Virus record (IMG/VR): IMGVR_UViG_3300025759_000099
Span: 1-61,461 of that record
Strand: one strand, 5' to 3'
Source of the DNA: a virus
Lineage: Duplodnaviria > Caudoviricetes
Length of the DNA stretch: 61,461 bases
Part shown: in pieces, positions 47,115-55,955 of the stretch
Layout of the letters: every line of letters starts with the position of its first letter
Position numbering within the stretch: the first letter of the stretch is position 1
Notes under the pieces: generated by a model
The model's input: the letters and a program-made list of their open reading frames with translations, nothing else
Databases searched by the model: none
Told to the model about the DNA's origin: nothing
Translations under genes and position numbers: made by a program

Positions 47115-49542
47115 GTCCAGACTCCTTAGCTTGAGTTTTAGCCAAGTCTAATAGTGCTTTAGCCTCGTCCAAGTCCTGTTTAGCAGAGGCTTGTTCGGTC
47201 TGTGCGGCTATACGTCCTGCCTCTAGAGTGGCAGTATTGTTAGCTTTCTTCTCTTCCAACTGCAATTTAGCTGCCGCTATCTGTGCATCCGCTTGGTCTT
47301 TCTGCGCTTTGCGTTGTACTTCAGCCTCTTTAAGCTGTAGTTCTTTCTGTTGCATCTGAACTATAGGGTCTTGCTGTGCCTGCTGTGCAGCCTGCTGTGC
47401 GGCTTGTGCTTGTTTCTGCTGAGTTAATTGCGTTCCGGCTTGTGCCATAGTCTGAGCCAAAAGTACTTCAATATCTTCTGGTAACTCTTCGTTCGGTGTA
47501 GGTAGCGGAGCACCTAGCTTCTCTTCTATCTGCCTACGATACTCAAACGCCATGTGTTCTGCGATATGGGCTTGTAGAGACGCCATGATCTGCTGTGCCG
47601 CTGGGTTTTGCCCAATCATTGCCGCTATCTGTGGGTCTTGCATGAACGACTGATGGGTAGCGATATGCGCCTGATGGTCTTGATATATGAATGCTTTCAT
47701 AGGCTTACCGTTAAGTGAATTCATATTCTCACTTACTGGGTCTACCGGTTTCATGTCATTCTCAAGTGGGATTAGTTTATCCGCGTTCTTAATCCCCATC
47801 ACCTCTATCATCTGACGATGTAGCTGGGGTAGGTCATATATCTGTGGCGCCTGTTGTGCCATCTGCAACACCGCTTGATACTGCACAACACGTTGCGCCA
47901 TCGTAGTATTGTTAGGGTCACTTACAGGGATTACATCAGAGACGGCATAGTCCATCTGTCTGGCACGAGGGGCACCTCGGTTGGGGACATATCCATACTC
48001 TTCTGGGGCGTACTCAGCCATGATAGCCCGAAGTAATTTAAACTCCTGTTTCATTGCATAGTGGACACGAGCCTGTACTGCCGCCATTGGCTTTAAGGTG
48101 CGTTCCAAAAGAGCAAGAGTAGTCCCCACTGGCGCGTTGGCACTCATATCACTGATATTCATGTCTGAAATTGCGCCCAGACGACGACCTTCCTCAGTGA
48201 TACGGTTTAACAACGCCAGCAGGGTCTGCGATGGCTCGTTATAGGGTAAGGGCATGATGTTGTCACGGATGCTACCGCTAGGGACATCCACGTCACGAAA
48301 CTCCCCCGGGCTAATGGGGGTGTCATCACCTTTTATACGTAACCCACGAGATTTCAAGCCTCCCGGTAAATTAGATAAGGTTCCCGCATCTACTAACTGG
48401 CGTATAAGCGAGGTACCAGCCCTAGCGTATCCACCGATGATGTGTATCAAACCAAGCCCGTAAAAGCCAAATCCCGGTACATAAACGTAATGCACAAAAT
48501 GCTGACGTTTAAGCATTAATTCATCGTCAGGGTTCCAGTTACGGCGTATGGCTAGTATCTCGCCTGTACCCTGCTCTATAGTCACAACGTAAGGTTTAGC
48601 AATCTGTGGATAATCTTCACCTTCTTCATCCACACCTTCGATAATTAAATCCGCATGTACCTCACATAGCGTATAACGGTCATCAGAAGTCAGGGTAAAC
48701 CCACCTTCTTCTGCTTTTTTCTCTTCAATATCTGTGAAGAACGACTGTGGCTCACCAAGTTCTGTATCTAAATAGAACCCAGCAGCCTGTAGTTTAGACA
48801 ATTCATTCTTAGTTTTACGCATTACATGGGTAACGCGCTCGGCTGACTCTATATTAGAGGCACCGTAGGGGACAATAACGTCTTCAGCGGGGATATATAC
48901 GGCTACCTGACGCCCCAAATTTGGGTCAAAATACACCTTTTTAAACGCTGAACCGGCTAAACCAAGGCTATATAGAAGCCTTTCGTGCTCTGGGCGATAC
49001 TCACTCATCACCTCAGTTAACTCATAATTCATATCCGCACGGACGCGTTCTGCCGCTTCTTCTTTCTCGCGGGTTGTTTCCCCTATTATCTTAGTCTTAA
49101 CAGGCCCAGCCGCAGGGAATGTCTCGCTCATGGCTTCAGCTTGGAAACGAATTGCGGCTTCGGACAACACGGTGCTATACACACCACAGGCATCATCCCA
49201 AGGCTCTACTCGCTCTTCGTACTTAAACCCCAACACTTCCAAGCCTTTAACGAACGTATCCGCCCACTCTTTACGTGAGCTAGTATCGGCAGAGACATAG
49301 CCAAGCAATTCATTAGACAGGGAGGTAAGTTCTCCCTCATCTATATATTCTGCTAAGTTGGCATCGAACGGCGCTTCCATAATGTCGTCCGCGTCCGCAC
49401 CCGGTACGAGGGTTATCTCTACACTTCCGTCATCCAGTACTACCATCTCAGGATCAACGACAGTTATCTCCATCTCGGAGCCTTCCATCATCTCTTCTTC
49501 CATCCCTTCTGGTGCTTGATATATACTCGGTTCAATAGCCAT
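47107..49542 (-). CDS. Portal protein (P22-like, with C-terminal coiled-coil barrel)
   Basis: 811 aa after TerL; GSAFKKVYFD, GFGFYGLG, RQLVDAGTLSNLPGG, Q-rich C-terminus. Confidence 0.85.
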   Translation of the reverse strand: MAIEPSIYQAPEGMEEEMMEGSEMEITVVDPEMVVLDDGSVEITLVPGADADDIMEAPFDANLAEYIDEGELTSLSNELLGYVSADTSSRKEWADTFVKGLEVLGFKYEERVEPWDDACGVYSTVLSEAAIRFQAEAMSETFPAAGPVKTKIIGETTREKEEAAERVRADMNYELTEVMSEYRPEHERLLYSLGLAGSAFKKVYFDPNLGRQVAVYIPAEDVIVPYGASNIESAERVTHVMRKTKNELSKLQAAGFYLDTELGEPQSFFTDIEEKKAEEGGFTLTSDDRYTLCEVHADLIIEGVDEEGEDYPQIAKPYVVTIEQGTGEILAIRRNWNPDDELMLKRQHFVHYVYVPGFGFYGLGLIHIIGGYARAGTSLIRQLVDAGTLSNLPGGLKSRGLRIKGDDTPISPGEFRDVDVPSGSIRDNIMPLPYNEPSQTLLALLNRITEEGRRLGAISDMNISDMSANAPVGTTLALLERTLKPMAAVQARVHYAMKQEFKLLRAIMAEYAPEEYGYVPNRGAPRARQMDYAVSDVIPVSDPNNTTMAQRVVQYQAVLQMAQQAPQIYDLPQLHRQMIEVMGIKNADKLIPLENDMKPVDPVSENMNSLNGKPMKAFIYQDHQAHIATHQSFMQDPQIAAMIGQNPAAQQIMASLQAHIAEHMAFEYRRQIEEKLGAPLPTPNEELPEDIEVLLAQTMAQAGTQLTQQKQAQAAQQAAQQAQQDPIVQMQQKELQLKEAEVQRKAQKDQADAQIAAAKLQLEEKKANNTATLEAGRIAAQTEQASAKQDLDEAKALLDLAKTQAKESGRG

Positions 49543-49552
49543 TACTTAATCC

Positions 49553-51307
49553 TCAGTAGTACCCGCCCTTGCGCTGTTTAAAATATAGTTTGTCTTCTGG
49601 CTCGTCAGTTGGTAATGTAATAAAGCCGCCCTGTCTAAACCGTATTAGGGCCATTACAGTCGAGTCAACTAAGTCATCATGGCTCATAAATGGAAATCCT
49701 GCAATCTCTTCCACGACTTCCTCTGCCCAACGCGTTTGTGGTACCCAACATAACCCGGACATTACTATATCAGCAACGGAATTTAAACGTGCTGTTTTAT
49801 CACCTGTACCCCTGTGTGGGGTAAACTCTTGTACTAATAATCCCATTCGGCGAAGTTCTTGATATAGCGGCGTACCACTACTCTTTTTCTCCACTATAAA
49901 CGCGTCGGGTTGCCACTCGTCATACTGCTCAAAGGCAAGTTGTTTTAACTCTGGGAACTCCACGCGCTCCTTGATGCTGTTTAATAGTATTATATTATAA
50001 GTGTCCGGTATACCTATAGTATCTCCGTCCTCGTCCTTAAACTGCCCCTCATACCTAAATACGCCCCATACTGTCAGGGCGGTAAAGTCAGCACGGTTGT
50101 GTTTTTCTGCCGCAGCGTCAAGCGACATTATCACATACTCACACGTCGGTGGTTTCTCTATGGGCCACTCGTTCCACCACTCGCGCTTAACGAGCGCTGC
50201 TTCTTCGGCTGTAGGTACCTGTTGATACTGCGCATTCCACTGAAACAGCGGCATAGACGCTTTAGTGCGTACAAGAGCATCAAGATTAAAAAACTCAGGC
50301 CATAGCGGTTTCTCTACGATCTGGTTAGTTTTCTTGTCTTCTACCTCTAATATCGCCGGAAACTCTACTACCTCGTACTGGTCAGCCTGCTCGTTCTGCG
50401 ACATATCCCGCGTTACGCGACCTGTCAAATCATCAAGATGCCATCGGGTCTGGATAATAGCCACACGACCACCCGGCATGAGACGAGTACGAGCACCATA
50501 TGTGAACCATTCATACGCTTTATCAAAAACATCAAAATTCCCACTCAACACATCTTGTTCTGAATGCGGGTCATCAACCAAGAGCAGGTGAGCACCACGA
50601 CCAGCGATGGAGCTACCTATACCACAGGCGTAATACTCTCCACCCATGTTAGTGTTCCAACGCCCCGCAGATTTACTGTCTGAGGCTAACTGCACGTTTG
50701 GGAATATAGACTGATACTCGGCGGTAGATATAAGGTTTCGCACCTTCCTACCGAAGTCCACCGCTAGGTCGGTGGTATGTGACACCATCATTACTTTTTT
50801 ATCGGGGTTACGCCCCAAAAACCAAGCGGGGAAGTATATAGAAACTAACTGTGATTTACCATGACGCGGTGGGATGTTTACACATATCCTGTCTTTTCCA
50901 GTTTCTTCTAGTTCTGCGCCGTTCTCGTCGTATTCTTTGCCAATCTCGATCTCCATCAGGAGGTCTGCGAGTATCCTGTGGTGCTTACCCACCTTATAAT
51001 CCGCCTGCATGAACTTACAAAACTCTATTAAGTCAAGATAAGCCGCTTCCGCCCGCTTTTTACCCTCTAACTCCTCGACTATTTTGTATATCTCTGCTTG
51101 TTCTTCGAGAGAGTACGAATCGAGGCTGTTTAACAGCAGGTCTAGCTCTTCCTGCGTGAACTCAGGGACAGGTGGAGGGGTGTTTAAGTCTGTAGAGGGC
51201 TTAGGTGTGGGGGTCATTACGAGAGACTTAGCTATAATCCGCTTCTTACGGGCTTCCTGAGCCTCTTTCTGGGCTTTTCCCGACATTTTTGATATTTGCG
51301 CTGTCAT
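49553..51307 (-). CDS. terL: Terminase large subunit
   Basis: PPRHGKS Walker A, LLLVDDPH, QTRWHLDDL, YQQ.P, SLDAA, VEKKSSG, HDDLVDS. Confidence 0.93.
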   Translation of the reverse strand: MTAQISKMSGKAQKEAQEARKKRIIAKSLVMTPTPKPSTDLNTPPPVPEFTQEELDLLLNSLDSYSLEEQAEIYKIVEELEGKKRAEAAYLDLIEFCKFMQADYKVGKHHRILADLLMEIEIGKEYDENGAELEETGKDRICVNIPPRHGKSQLVSIYFPAWFLGRNPDKKVMMVSHTTDLAVDFGRKVRNLISTAEYQSIFPNVQLASDSKSAGRWNTNMGGEYYACGIGSSIAGRGAHLLLVDDPHSEQDVLSGNFDVFDKAYEWFTYGARTRLMPGGRVAIIQTRWHLDDLTGRVTRDMSQNEQADQYEVVEFPAILEVEDKKTNQIVEKPLWPEFFNLDALVRTKASMPLFQWNAQYQQVPTAEEAALVKREWWNEWPIEKPPTCEYVIMSLDAAAEKHNRADFTALTVWGVFRYEGQFKDEDGDTIGIPDTYNIILLNSIKERVEFPELKQLAFEQYDEWQPDAFIVEKKSSGTPLYQELRRMGLLVQEFTPHRGTGDKTARLNSVADIVMSGLCWVPQTRWAEEVVEEIAGFPFMSHDDLVDSTVMALIRFRQGGFITLPTDEPEDKLYFKQRKGGYY

Positions 51308-51849
51308 TCTTTGTTTATTTCGTACACGCCTTCGCTGTTTTGTTTAAGCACTTCCAGTTTTTCGCGCAATTTTTCACGTAGTTCGTCTGCGTTCTGGTGT
51401 GTAACTGTGATTTCTTTGCGTTCTGTGAACAATCCTACGTCTGTCATCTTACCTAGTAGCTCTAAAGCGCGGATTCTGACCCGTGCGTCAGGGTTCTCTG
51501 TCTCCAGTATCAGCTTATTAACCACTGTGTTACGTATTTCAGCGGCGTGGGTGGCTACTATTTGACCGAATTCTTTGAGGATGGCGTTGGTTTGGATGAG
51601 AGAGGCAGGACGCAGGGTGGCGGTGCGGTTGTGGGATAGTGCTTTGGAAGTCTCTTCAACGTCTTTTGCATACGCAGTCAGGAAGGTAGCGGCAATATCG
51701 TTGTCCTCATCGGTCGGTTCAATATCCAAACCGTGTTCGCTAAGCATAAGAGCAGTGTTACACGCCGCTTCAGCGCGTTCTTTAAGGTCTATATACTTTA
51801 CGTCGTCGGGGATTTCTATCCCGAACTCTGGGGTGAGGGCTACTGCCAT
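51304..51849 (-). CDS. terS: Putative terminase small subunit
   Basis: Directly upstream of TerL; RIRALELLGK..DVGLFTE. Confidence 0.65.
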   Translation of the reverse strand: MAVALTPEFGIEIPDDVKYIDLKERAEAACNTALMLSEHGLDIEPTDEDNDIAATFLTAYAKDVEETSKALSHNRTATLRPASLIQTNAILKEFGQIVATHAAEIRNTVVNKLILETENPDARVRIRALELLGKMTDVGLFTERKEITVTHQNADELREKLREKLEVLKQNSEGVYEINKE

Positions 51850-51884
51850 CGTTGTTTCCTTCGCAGACTTTACGTCGTCTAGGC

Positions 51885-51914
51885 AGTATAACCGGTTTCT
51901 GTAGATTTTTACAA
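51885..51914 (-). promoter_or_regulatory. Putative late-arm promoter TTGTAA-18-TATACT
   Basis: Hexamers upstream of terS. Confidence 0.4.
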
Positions 51915-51944
51915 AAAATTTTTTTGTTTTACCTTTTTTCTTTA

Positions 51945-52114
51945 GGGGTGGGGGGTTTCCTATATAGAGGGGGGTGGGTAAGTCGTTGATTTAATTATAA
52001 AAAATAGGGGGTGGGGGGTCGAAAACTTTGAAAACCGAAATTATTCGTGTGAAATAGTATTACATACTAGCGTGTAGCCTCGCAGAGTTTTTGGGGGGTG
52101 GGGGGTAGGTGGGG
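51945..52114 (+). repeat. Four G(4-6)-T-G(3-6) tracts
   Basis: 51945-55, 51969-78, 52007-18 and 52093-114. Confidence 0.85.
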
Positions 52115-52169
52115 TCAGCATAGTCATAAAACACAATAAAAGACCCCTATACTGAAAGAAAATAAACAA

Positions 52170-52197
52170 TTGACAATTAAACTCAATTTGCTATTAT
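52170..52197 (+). promoter_or_regulatory. Strong early sigma70 promoter TTGACA-16-(TGn)TATTAT
   Basis: Perfect -35, extended -10, A-rich upstream element. Confidence 0.75.
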
Positions 52198-52281
52198 GTT
52201 CACAAGTCAGGCAATCCTGACCCGCTGTTATAACACGTTATAACAGGTAACTTTAAACTTAACTTAATAGGAAATTAAATC

Positions 52282-52908
52282 ATGAAACTATCTATATCTA
52301 CTTTTGATCTAACTGTAAAAAGCGCAGCCGCTGATGCTACTGCTGACAATCGACGCTCTGCTATGATCGACGCCTACATCGCCGATGGCATCACCAGTAA
52401 GATGTTACTGGCCGATACAAAAAAAGCGCCGAATGATGGTTATGATGCGGAATTGACTGAAAGCATTAATCTGGCTTTTGTTACCGGCTGGGGTAAGAAT
52501 GAGCTGGTACTGTATAAAGCGGATCATGCCAGCCTGACCCCTGTTATGAGGGAAAGACGTAATGAGCTGACCAGACGTTTGGGTTCATATCGCGGGGCAT
52601 TACGGCGCGATCTGGATAACAGGGCGGCAAAGGCAAAGGAAGAAAAGGAAGAAAAGGAATTTTTGGAAAAGATAAATGGATACAAAACAGAGGCCGCGAA
52701 AAAGAGAGCGATTAATCTGCGCGAAACCCAAAAAACTGAGGCAAAAAAGGCACGTACTACTAAACCAGCCCAATCTGCCGAGGCCGAGGTTATCGAATAC
52801 CTGACAGCAACTTACAATGTTCTGAAGAAAAAGGATTTCGCTATCATCTTCAATCGCGAAGATGTGCTAGAACAAGTAAATGAGTTGCTGGCAATATTCG
52901 AAGCATAA
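52282..52908 (+). CDS. First early protein, hypothetical
   Basis: 208-aa ORF after the strong promoter; AGGA RBS; charged helical middle. Confidence 0.8.
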   Translation: MKLSISTFDLTVKSAAADATADNRRSAMIDAYIADGITSKMLLADTKKAPNDGYDAELTESINLAFVTGWGKNELVLYKADHASLTPVMRERRNELTRRLGSYRGALRRDLDNRAAKAKEEKEEKEFLEKINGYKTEAAKKRAINLRETQKTEAKKARTTKPAQSAEAEVIEYLTATYNVLKKKDFAIIFNREDVLEQVNELLAIFEA

Positions 52909-53191
52909 TCCATTAACCTTAAACCCCGTTCGAAAGAGCGGGGTTTTTTAATACAGGAAAAAACAATATGTCATTTAATACTGAAAGCCCCGTATGTAAT
53001 GGAAACGTATGTCCCAAAAAGAAAGAGTGCAATCGTTACATAGGATTCGAAATCGCGCAGGGATTGAACGTTGAACGTTATTGGACTCTTAACCCTACGT
53101 TACAGGAACGGTGTCAGGTAATACCTTGTAAGCATTTCGTTCCCGCATAATCCATTAACCTTAAACCCCGTTCGAGAGAGCGGGGTTTTTT
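52903..53191 (+). repeat. 47-bp direct repeats (52903-52949, 53145-53191), each containing an intrinsic terminator
   Basis: 46/47 identical; AAACCCCGTTC-GARA-GAGCGGGGTTT plus T tract. Confidence 0.95.
52968..53150 (+). CDS. Small Cys-rich protein
   Basis: C....CPKKKECNRY...C.....C.HF; CAGGA RBS. Confidence 0.7.
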   Translation: MSFNTESPVCNGNVCPKKKECNRYIGFEIAQGLNVERYWTLNPTLQERCQVIPCKHFVPA

Positions 53192-53326
53192 TTCGCCTGT
53201 AATAAATACAATCCCTCCCTGTACCTGCATCAAATCCGGCTTTGCCCTGCTCTGTTCCCTCCCTGTTATAACACGTTATAACAAGTCACTTGATCTCCCT
53301 CTGTTCACTAAGGTTCAACTTCGTTC

Positions 53327-53567
53327 GATACCAGTACCCTAGGGGCGCATCGCCTTAGTGGTTTTTATGATGGGTACGGGATGTAGGATTGACGCTGTTA
53401 TAACATGTTATAACGACCCTGATACCAGTACCTTAGGGGCGCATCGCCTACGCTGTTGCATAGTATTCAAGTCCGAGCATAACTAGGCAGGACGTGTTTG
53501 GCTAAATCCTCTTTGTTATAACATGTTATAACGACCCTGATACCAGTACCAGAGGGGCGCATCGCCT
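53327..53567 (+). repeat. Three-copy 29-bp repeat GATACCAGTACCNNAGGGGCGCATCGCCT separated by unique sequence
   Basis: 53327-55, 53421-49 and 53539-67; copies 2 and 3 extend to a 54-bp repeat. Confidence 0.95.
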
Positions 53568-53600
53568 GTGGCACATAACAAAGCTGAACAATACTCAATC

Positions 53601-53974
53601 AAACCCAAATGTTCCGCATGTTCCTTGATGTTCCGTTTTGTTTTTTTAGCACGGAACATTTGAGTTTGGTTAGGTTTGGTTGTGTTTGATATAGGTTTGG
53701 TGGGGTTTGGTTGTGTTATAAAACTTAATAATAATAAATAATAATATAATATAATGTAATGTACCAAATGTTCTGTTTTTTTCTTACTTTTTTCAAATCT
53801 GTAAAAACTTCTACTTTTTTTGGTTTAGCTAAACCTCCGCCTCCCCCCTCCTCTTTTACAGAAACCTCCAAAAATAACGGAACATTTGGAACATGTGGAA
53901 CATCCCTTTAGAATCAACAACTTAGCCAAAAACCCAAAATGGAACATGAAGGAACATGCGGAACATTTGAGTTT
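53601..53974. other. Candidate replication origin: 40-bp inverted repeats, GGAACAT iterons, AT-only core
   Basis: 53601-40 versus 53935-74, 37/40 complementary; 10 GGAACAT copies; A/T-only 53725-53755. Confidence 0.55.
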
Positions 53975-54016
53975 AATATAGTTTATTTTATTTTTATGTT
54001 TTTTTGTTTATTTTAG

Positions 54017-54045
54017 TTGACCTAAGCTCTCGGTTTTGAGACTAT
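54017..54045 (+). promoter_or_regulatory. Possible promoter TTGACC-17-GACTAT
   Basis: Good -35, weak -10; upstream of the triple GTTATAAC box and the early ORFs. Confidence 0.35.
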
Positions 54046-54135
54046 GTAAGCTCACTTAGAGAAACAAGTTTTACCAACCCCAACCAACCCGTTATAACAC
54101 GTTATAACACGTTATAACAAACAGAGGAGCAAAAC

Positions 54136-54357
54136 ATGAATGGCGAAACAACAAAGCTACGGCATGAGCTAATCCACATACAGGACGCACATGCACAAGC
54201 AATATACGAGTTGAAAGAAAGAATGAGCGAGGCACTTGAGTGTGTACGGCTTGCAAAGATAGCACTTAATCGTGACCCAGATACACACAGCAAGCACGAC
54301 ATAATCCAGTATCAATTAGAGTACGCAATCGAAGAACTGAAAGGAGGACAACCATGA
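54136..54357 (+). CDS. Hypothetical early protein
   Basis: GAGGAG RBS. Confidence 0.75.
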   Translation: MNGETTKLRHELIHIQDAHAQAIYELKERMSEALECVRLAKIALNRDPDTHSKHDIIQYQLEYAIEELKGGQP

Positions 54358-54653
54358 GAAAGATAGAAAAACAAATGATTCAAGCAATACGCGAAAAACG
54401 CGATTGGAAATCTAGCAACACCAAAGTGGTACAAGTACGTAGTAACGGCATTAACTACGCCTACATTTACCTGCACGATAACCACATTGCTACTGCTACA
54501 CCTGACACATGGGACAGAGCACCATTCGCCAACCCAAACAGAGATACATTCAGGTACTGGCCTACTGCTACAACGCGTAGCCGGTTACGTGCGCTGGGCG
54601 TAAACGCAAGTATTAAAAACCACTGTGCCGTACTGGACGGCATGACATTGTGA
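54354..54653 (+). CDS. Conserved phage hypothetical protein
   Basis: MRKIEKQMIQAI...NTKV...YLHDNHIA...TTRSRLRAL. Confidence 0.8.
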   Translation: MRKIEKQMIQAIREKRDWKSSNTKVVQVRSNGINYAYIYLHDNHIATATPDTWDRAPFANPNRDTFRYWPTATTRSRLRALGVNASIKNHCAVLDGMTL

Positions 54654-54701
54654 ATAACTTACAACCCGTTATAACACGTTATAACAGAGAGGAGCCAAAC
54701 C

Positions 54702-54893
54702 ATGAAAGCAATACGATATAACCCAACACATACTTATACCGAAGAACAGGCATGTTCTATCGCTGACCGATTAACAGCGGCAGAACAGCAATTCAGCAAG
54801 GGCGAACGGTTTACTTTTGTGCCTTACTGCGCGGGAGAGGATTGCTACAAGGTGGCAGTATATGACGCAGGCAAATTTGTCGTGTATTTTTAA
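54702..54893 (+). CDS. Hypothetical early protein
   Basis: GAGGAG RBS. Confidence 0.7.
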   Translation: MKAIRYNPTHTYTEEQACSIADRLTAAEQQFSKGERFTFVPYCAGEDCYKVAVYDAGKFVVYF

Positions 54894-54913
54894 AACTAAC
54901 AGAGGAGCAAAAC

Positions 54914-55123
54914 ATGATAAACGACTTTTACAACCTTTCAGACAGGCGTATATACGCAGTCGCATGGTTTTTTGGTAAACGTGTGAGGGAAATGCACGTA
55001 CACAATGTTGGCGCTGTCACCGCGCATTTTGAGGATGGTACAAAAAACGACTTAACTGGTAATGAGTACAACAAAGTCCTTACCAAATACTACAAACACA
55101 AAATGGCGGGAGACAAACCATGA
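54914..55123 (+). CDS. Hypothetical early protein
   Basis: GAGGAG RBS. Confidence 0.7.
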   Translation: MINDFYNLSDRRIYAVAWFFGKRVREMHVHNVGAVTAHFEDGTKNDLTGNEYNKVLTKYYKHKMAGDKP

Positions 55124-55329
55124 AAATAACCAAGTACAAGATTGACTACAACTCAATGCCATACGGCGCACTGGCAAAAATCCCGAAAGGCACACCGGTT
55201 ATTCCGGCAGTCGGTCACCCACATCGTGGCTACTGGGTAGAGAACTGGAAGGGTATGACGAAAGCACAGCGAAGCTGGGCAGACAACTACGGCTACCATG
55301 CAACCGAATCTGAAGTGGAGGAAGCATAA
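55120..55329 (+). CDS. Hypothetical early protein
   Basis: GGAG RBS, ATGA overlap. Confidence 0.7.
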   Translation: MKITKYKIDYNSMPYGALAKIPKGTPVIPAVGHPHRGYWVENWKGMTKAQRSWADNYGYHATESEVEEA

Positions 55330-55331
55330 CC

Positions 55332-55580
55332 ATGAGTAAAGTTAAAGAGTACATGCTATCGGATACGCCTTGCATTTACTGCGACGAGTTATACGACGTA
55401 CGACGTGCAAGAGCATTCCCGTACTGCATTGAGTGTACAAAAAAGTACAAGCTGGACGAACCAGTACGGTATCCGATTCTTGAGATGCACAAGCAAGCCC
55501 CAATGGTGTGCCGACCAGAAAGCGCGACCGACATAGCCAAACAAATCAACCCAAAACGATCAGAGAGGTGGATAAGATGA
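55332..55580 (+). CDS. Zn-finger protein (DksA/TraR C4-like)
   Basis: CIYCD....RRARAFPYCIEC...MHKQ...INPK. Confidence 0.6.
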   Translation: MSKVKEYMLSDTPCIYCDELYDVRRARAFPYCIECTKKYKLDEPVRYPILEMHKQAPMVCRPESATDIAKQINPKRSERWIR

Positions 55581-55777
55581 AGGATAACGAAGATAAATGC
55601 ACGAAGTGCAAAGCACCCATAGTAGACGGTGGTCACTGGGGTTACTGTGACCCGTGCTGGCACTGGATAGTGGATGAGGACGAGTGCGAGCACTGGATAG
55701 TGGATGAGGGCAGGTGCGAGAGATGTGGATACATAAACAAAAAACTACAGGAGATAAATGATGAAAATGGCAAATGA
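55577..55777 (+). CDS. Small Cys-rich protein with internal HWIVDE duplication
   Basis: CTKC, CDPC, CERC; 19-bp repeat at 55661 and 55691. Confidence 0.6.
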   Translation: MKDNEDKCTKCKAPIVDGGHWGYCDPCWHWIVDEDECEHWIVDEGRCERCGYINKKLQEINDENGK

Positions 55778-55955
55778 GGATTTTAGAGCATGGCTACGCT
55801 GGGCAATGCAAAGCCCACTACGCAAAGAGACAATGCTGTCACTACTAGACCAATGGGAGGAACAGGAACAACTACGCCAACAGCAACCAATACAGGAATT
55901 CAACACTGACTTTAACAAAGTACGCAACGCATTAGAAAACGGAGAGAAACCATGA
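55758..55955 (+). CDS. Hypothetical protein
   Basis: AGGAG RBS. Confidence 0.65.
   Translation: MMKMANEDFRAWLRWAMQSPLRKETMLSLLDQWEEQEQLRQQQPIQEFNTDFNKVRNALENGEKP

Larger units (their letters stand above)
52226..54686. repeat. Six dispersed boxes of tandem GTTATAAC palindromes (13 copies)
   Basis: 52226-45, 53264-83, 53396-415, 53514-33, 54090-119 (triple) and 54667-86. Confidence 0.95.

Noticed and set aside
49553-51307. Intein or intron in TerL (also checked polA and the helicase)
   Set aside because: Only short insertions; no C...HN splice motifs, normal protein sizes and uninterrupted frames.
13504-51904. Numerous plus-strand ORFs opposite the late genes (and minus-strand ORFs opposite the early genes)
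   Set aside because: Shadow frames of long real genes, Ser/Ala-rich, with no motifs.
53327-53567. Canonical CRISPR array
   Set aside because: Only three repeats, unequal spacing, a second conserved box inside the spacers, no typical GAAAC/GAAAG-type end and no cas operon. The Cas4-like gene is an ordinary phage exonuclease. Kept as an unexplained array.
53516-53767. 83-aa minus-strand ORF
   Set aside because: Low-complexity translation of the iteron and AT-rich region.
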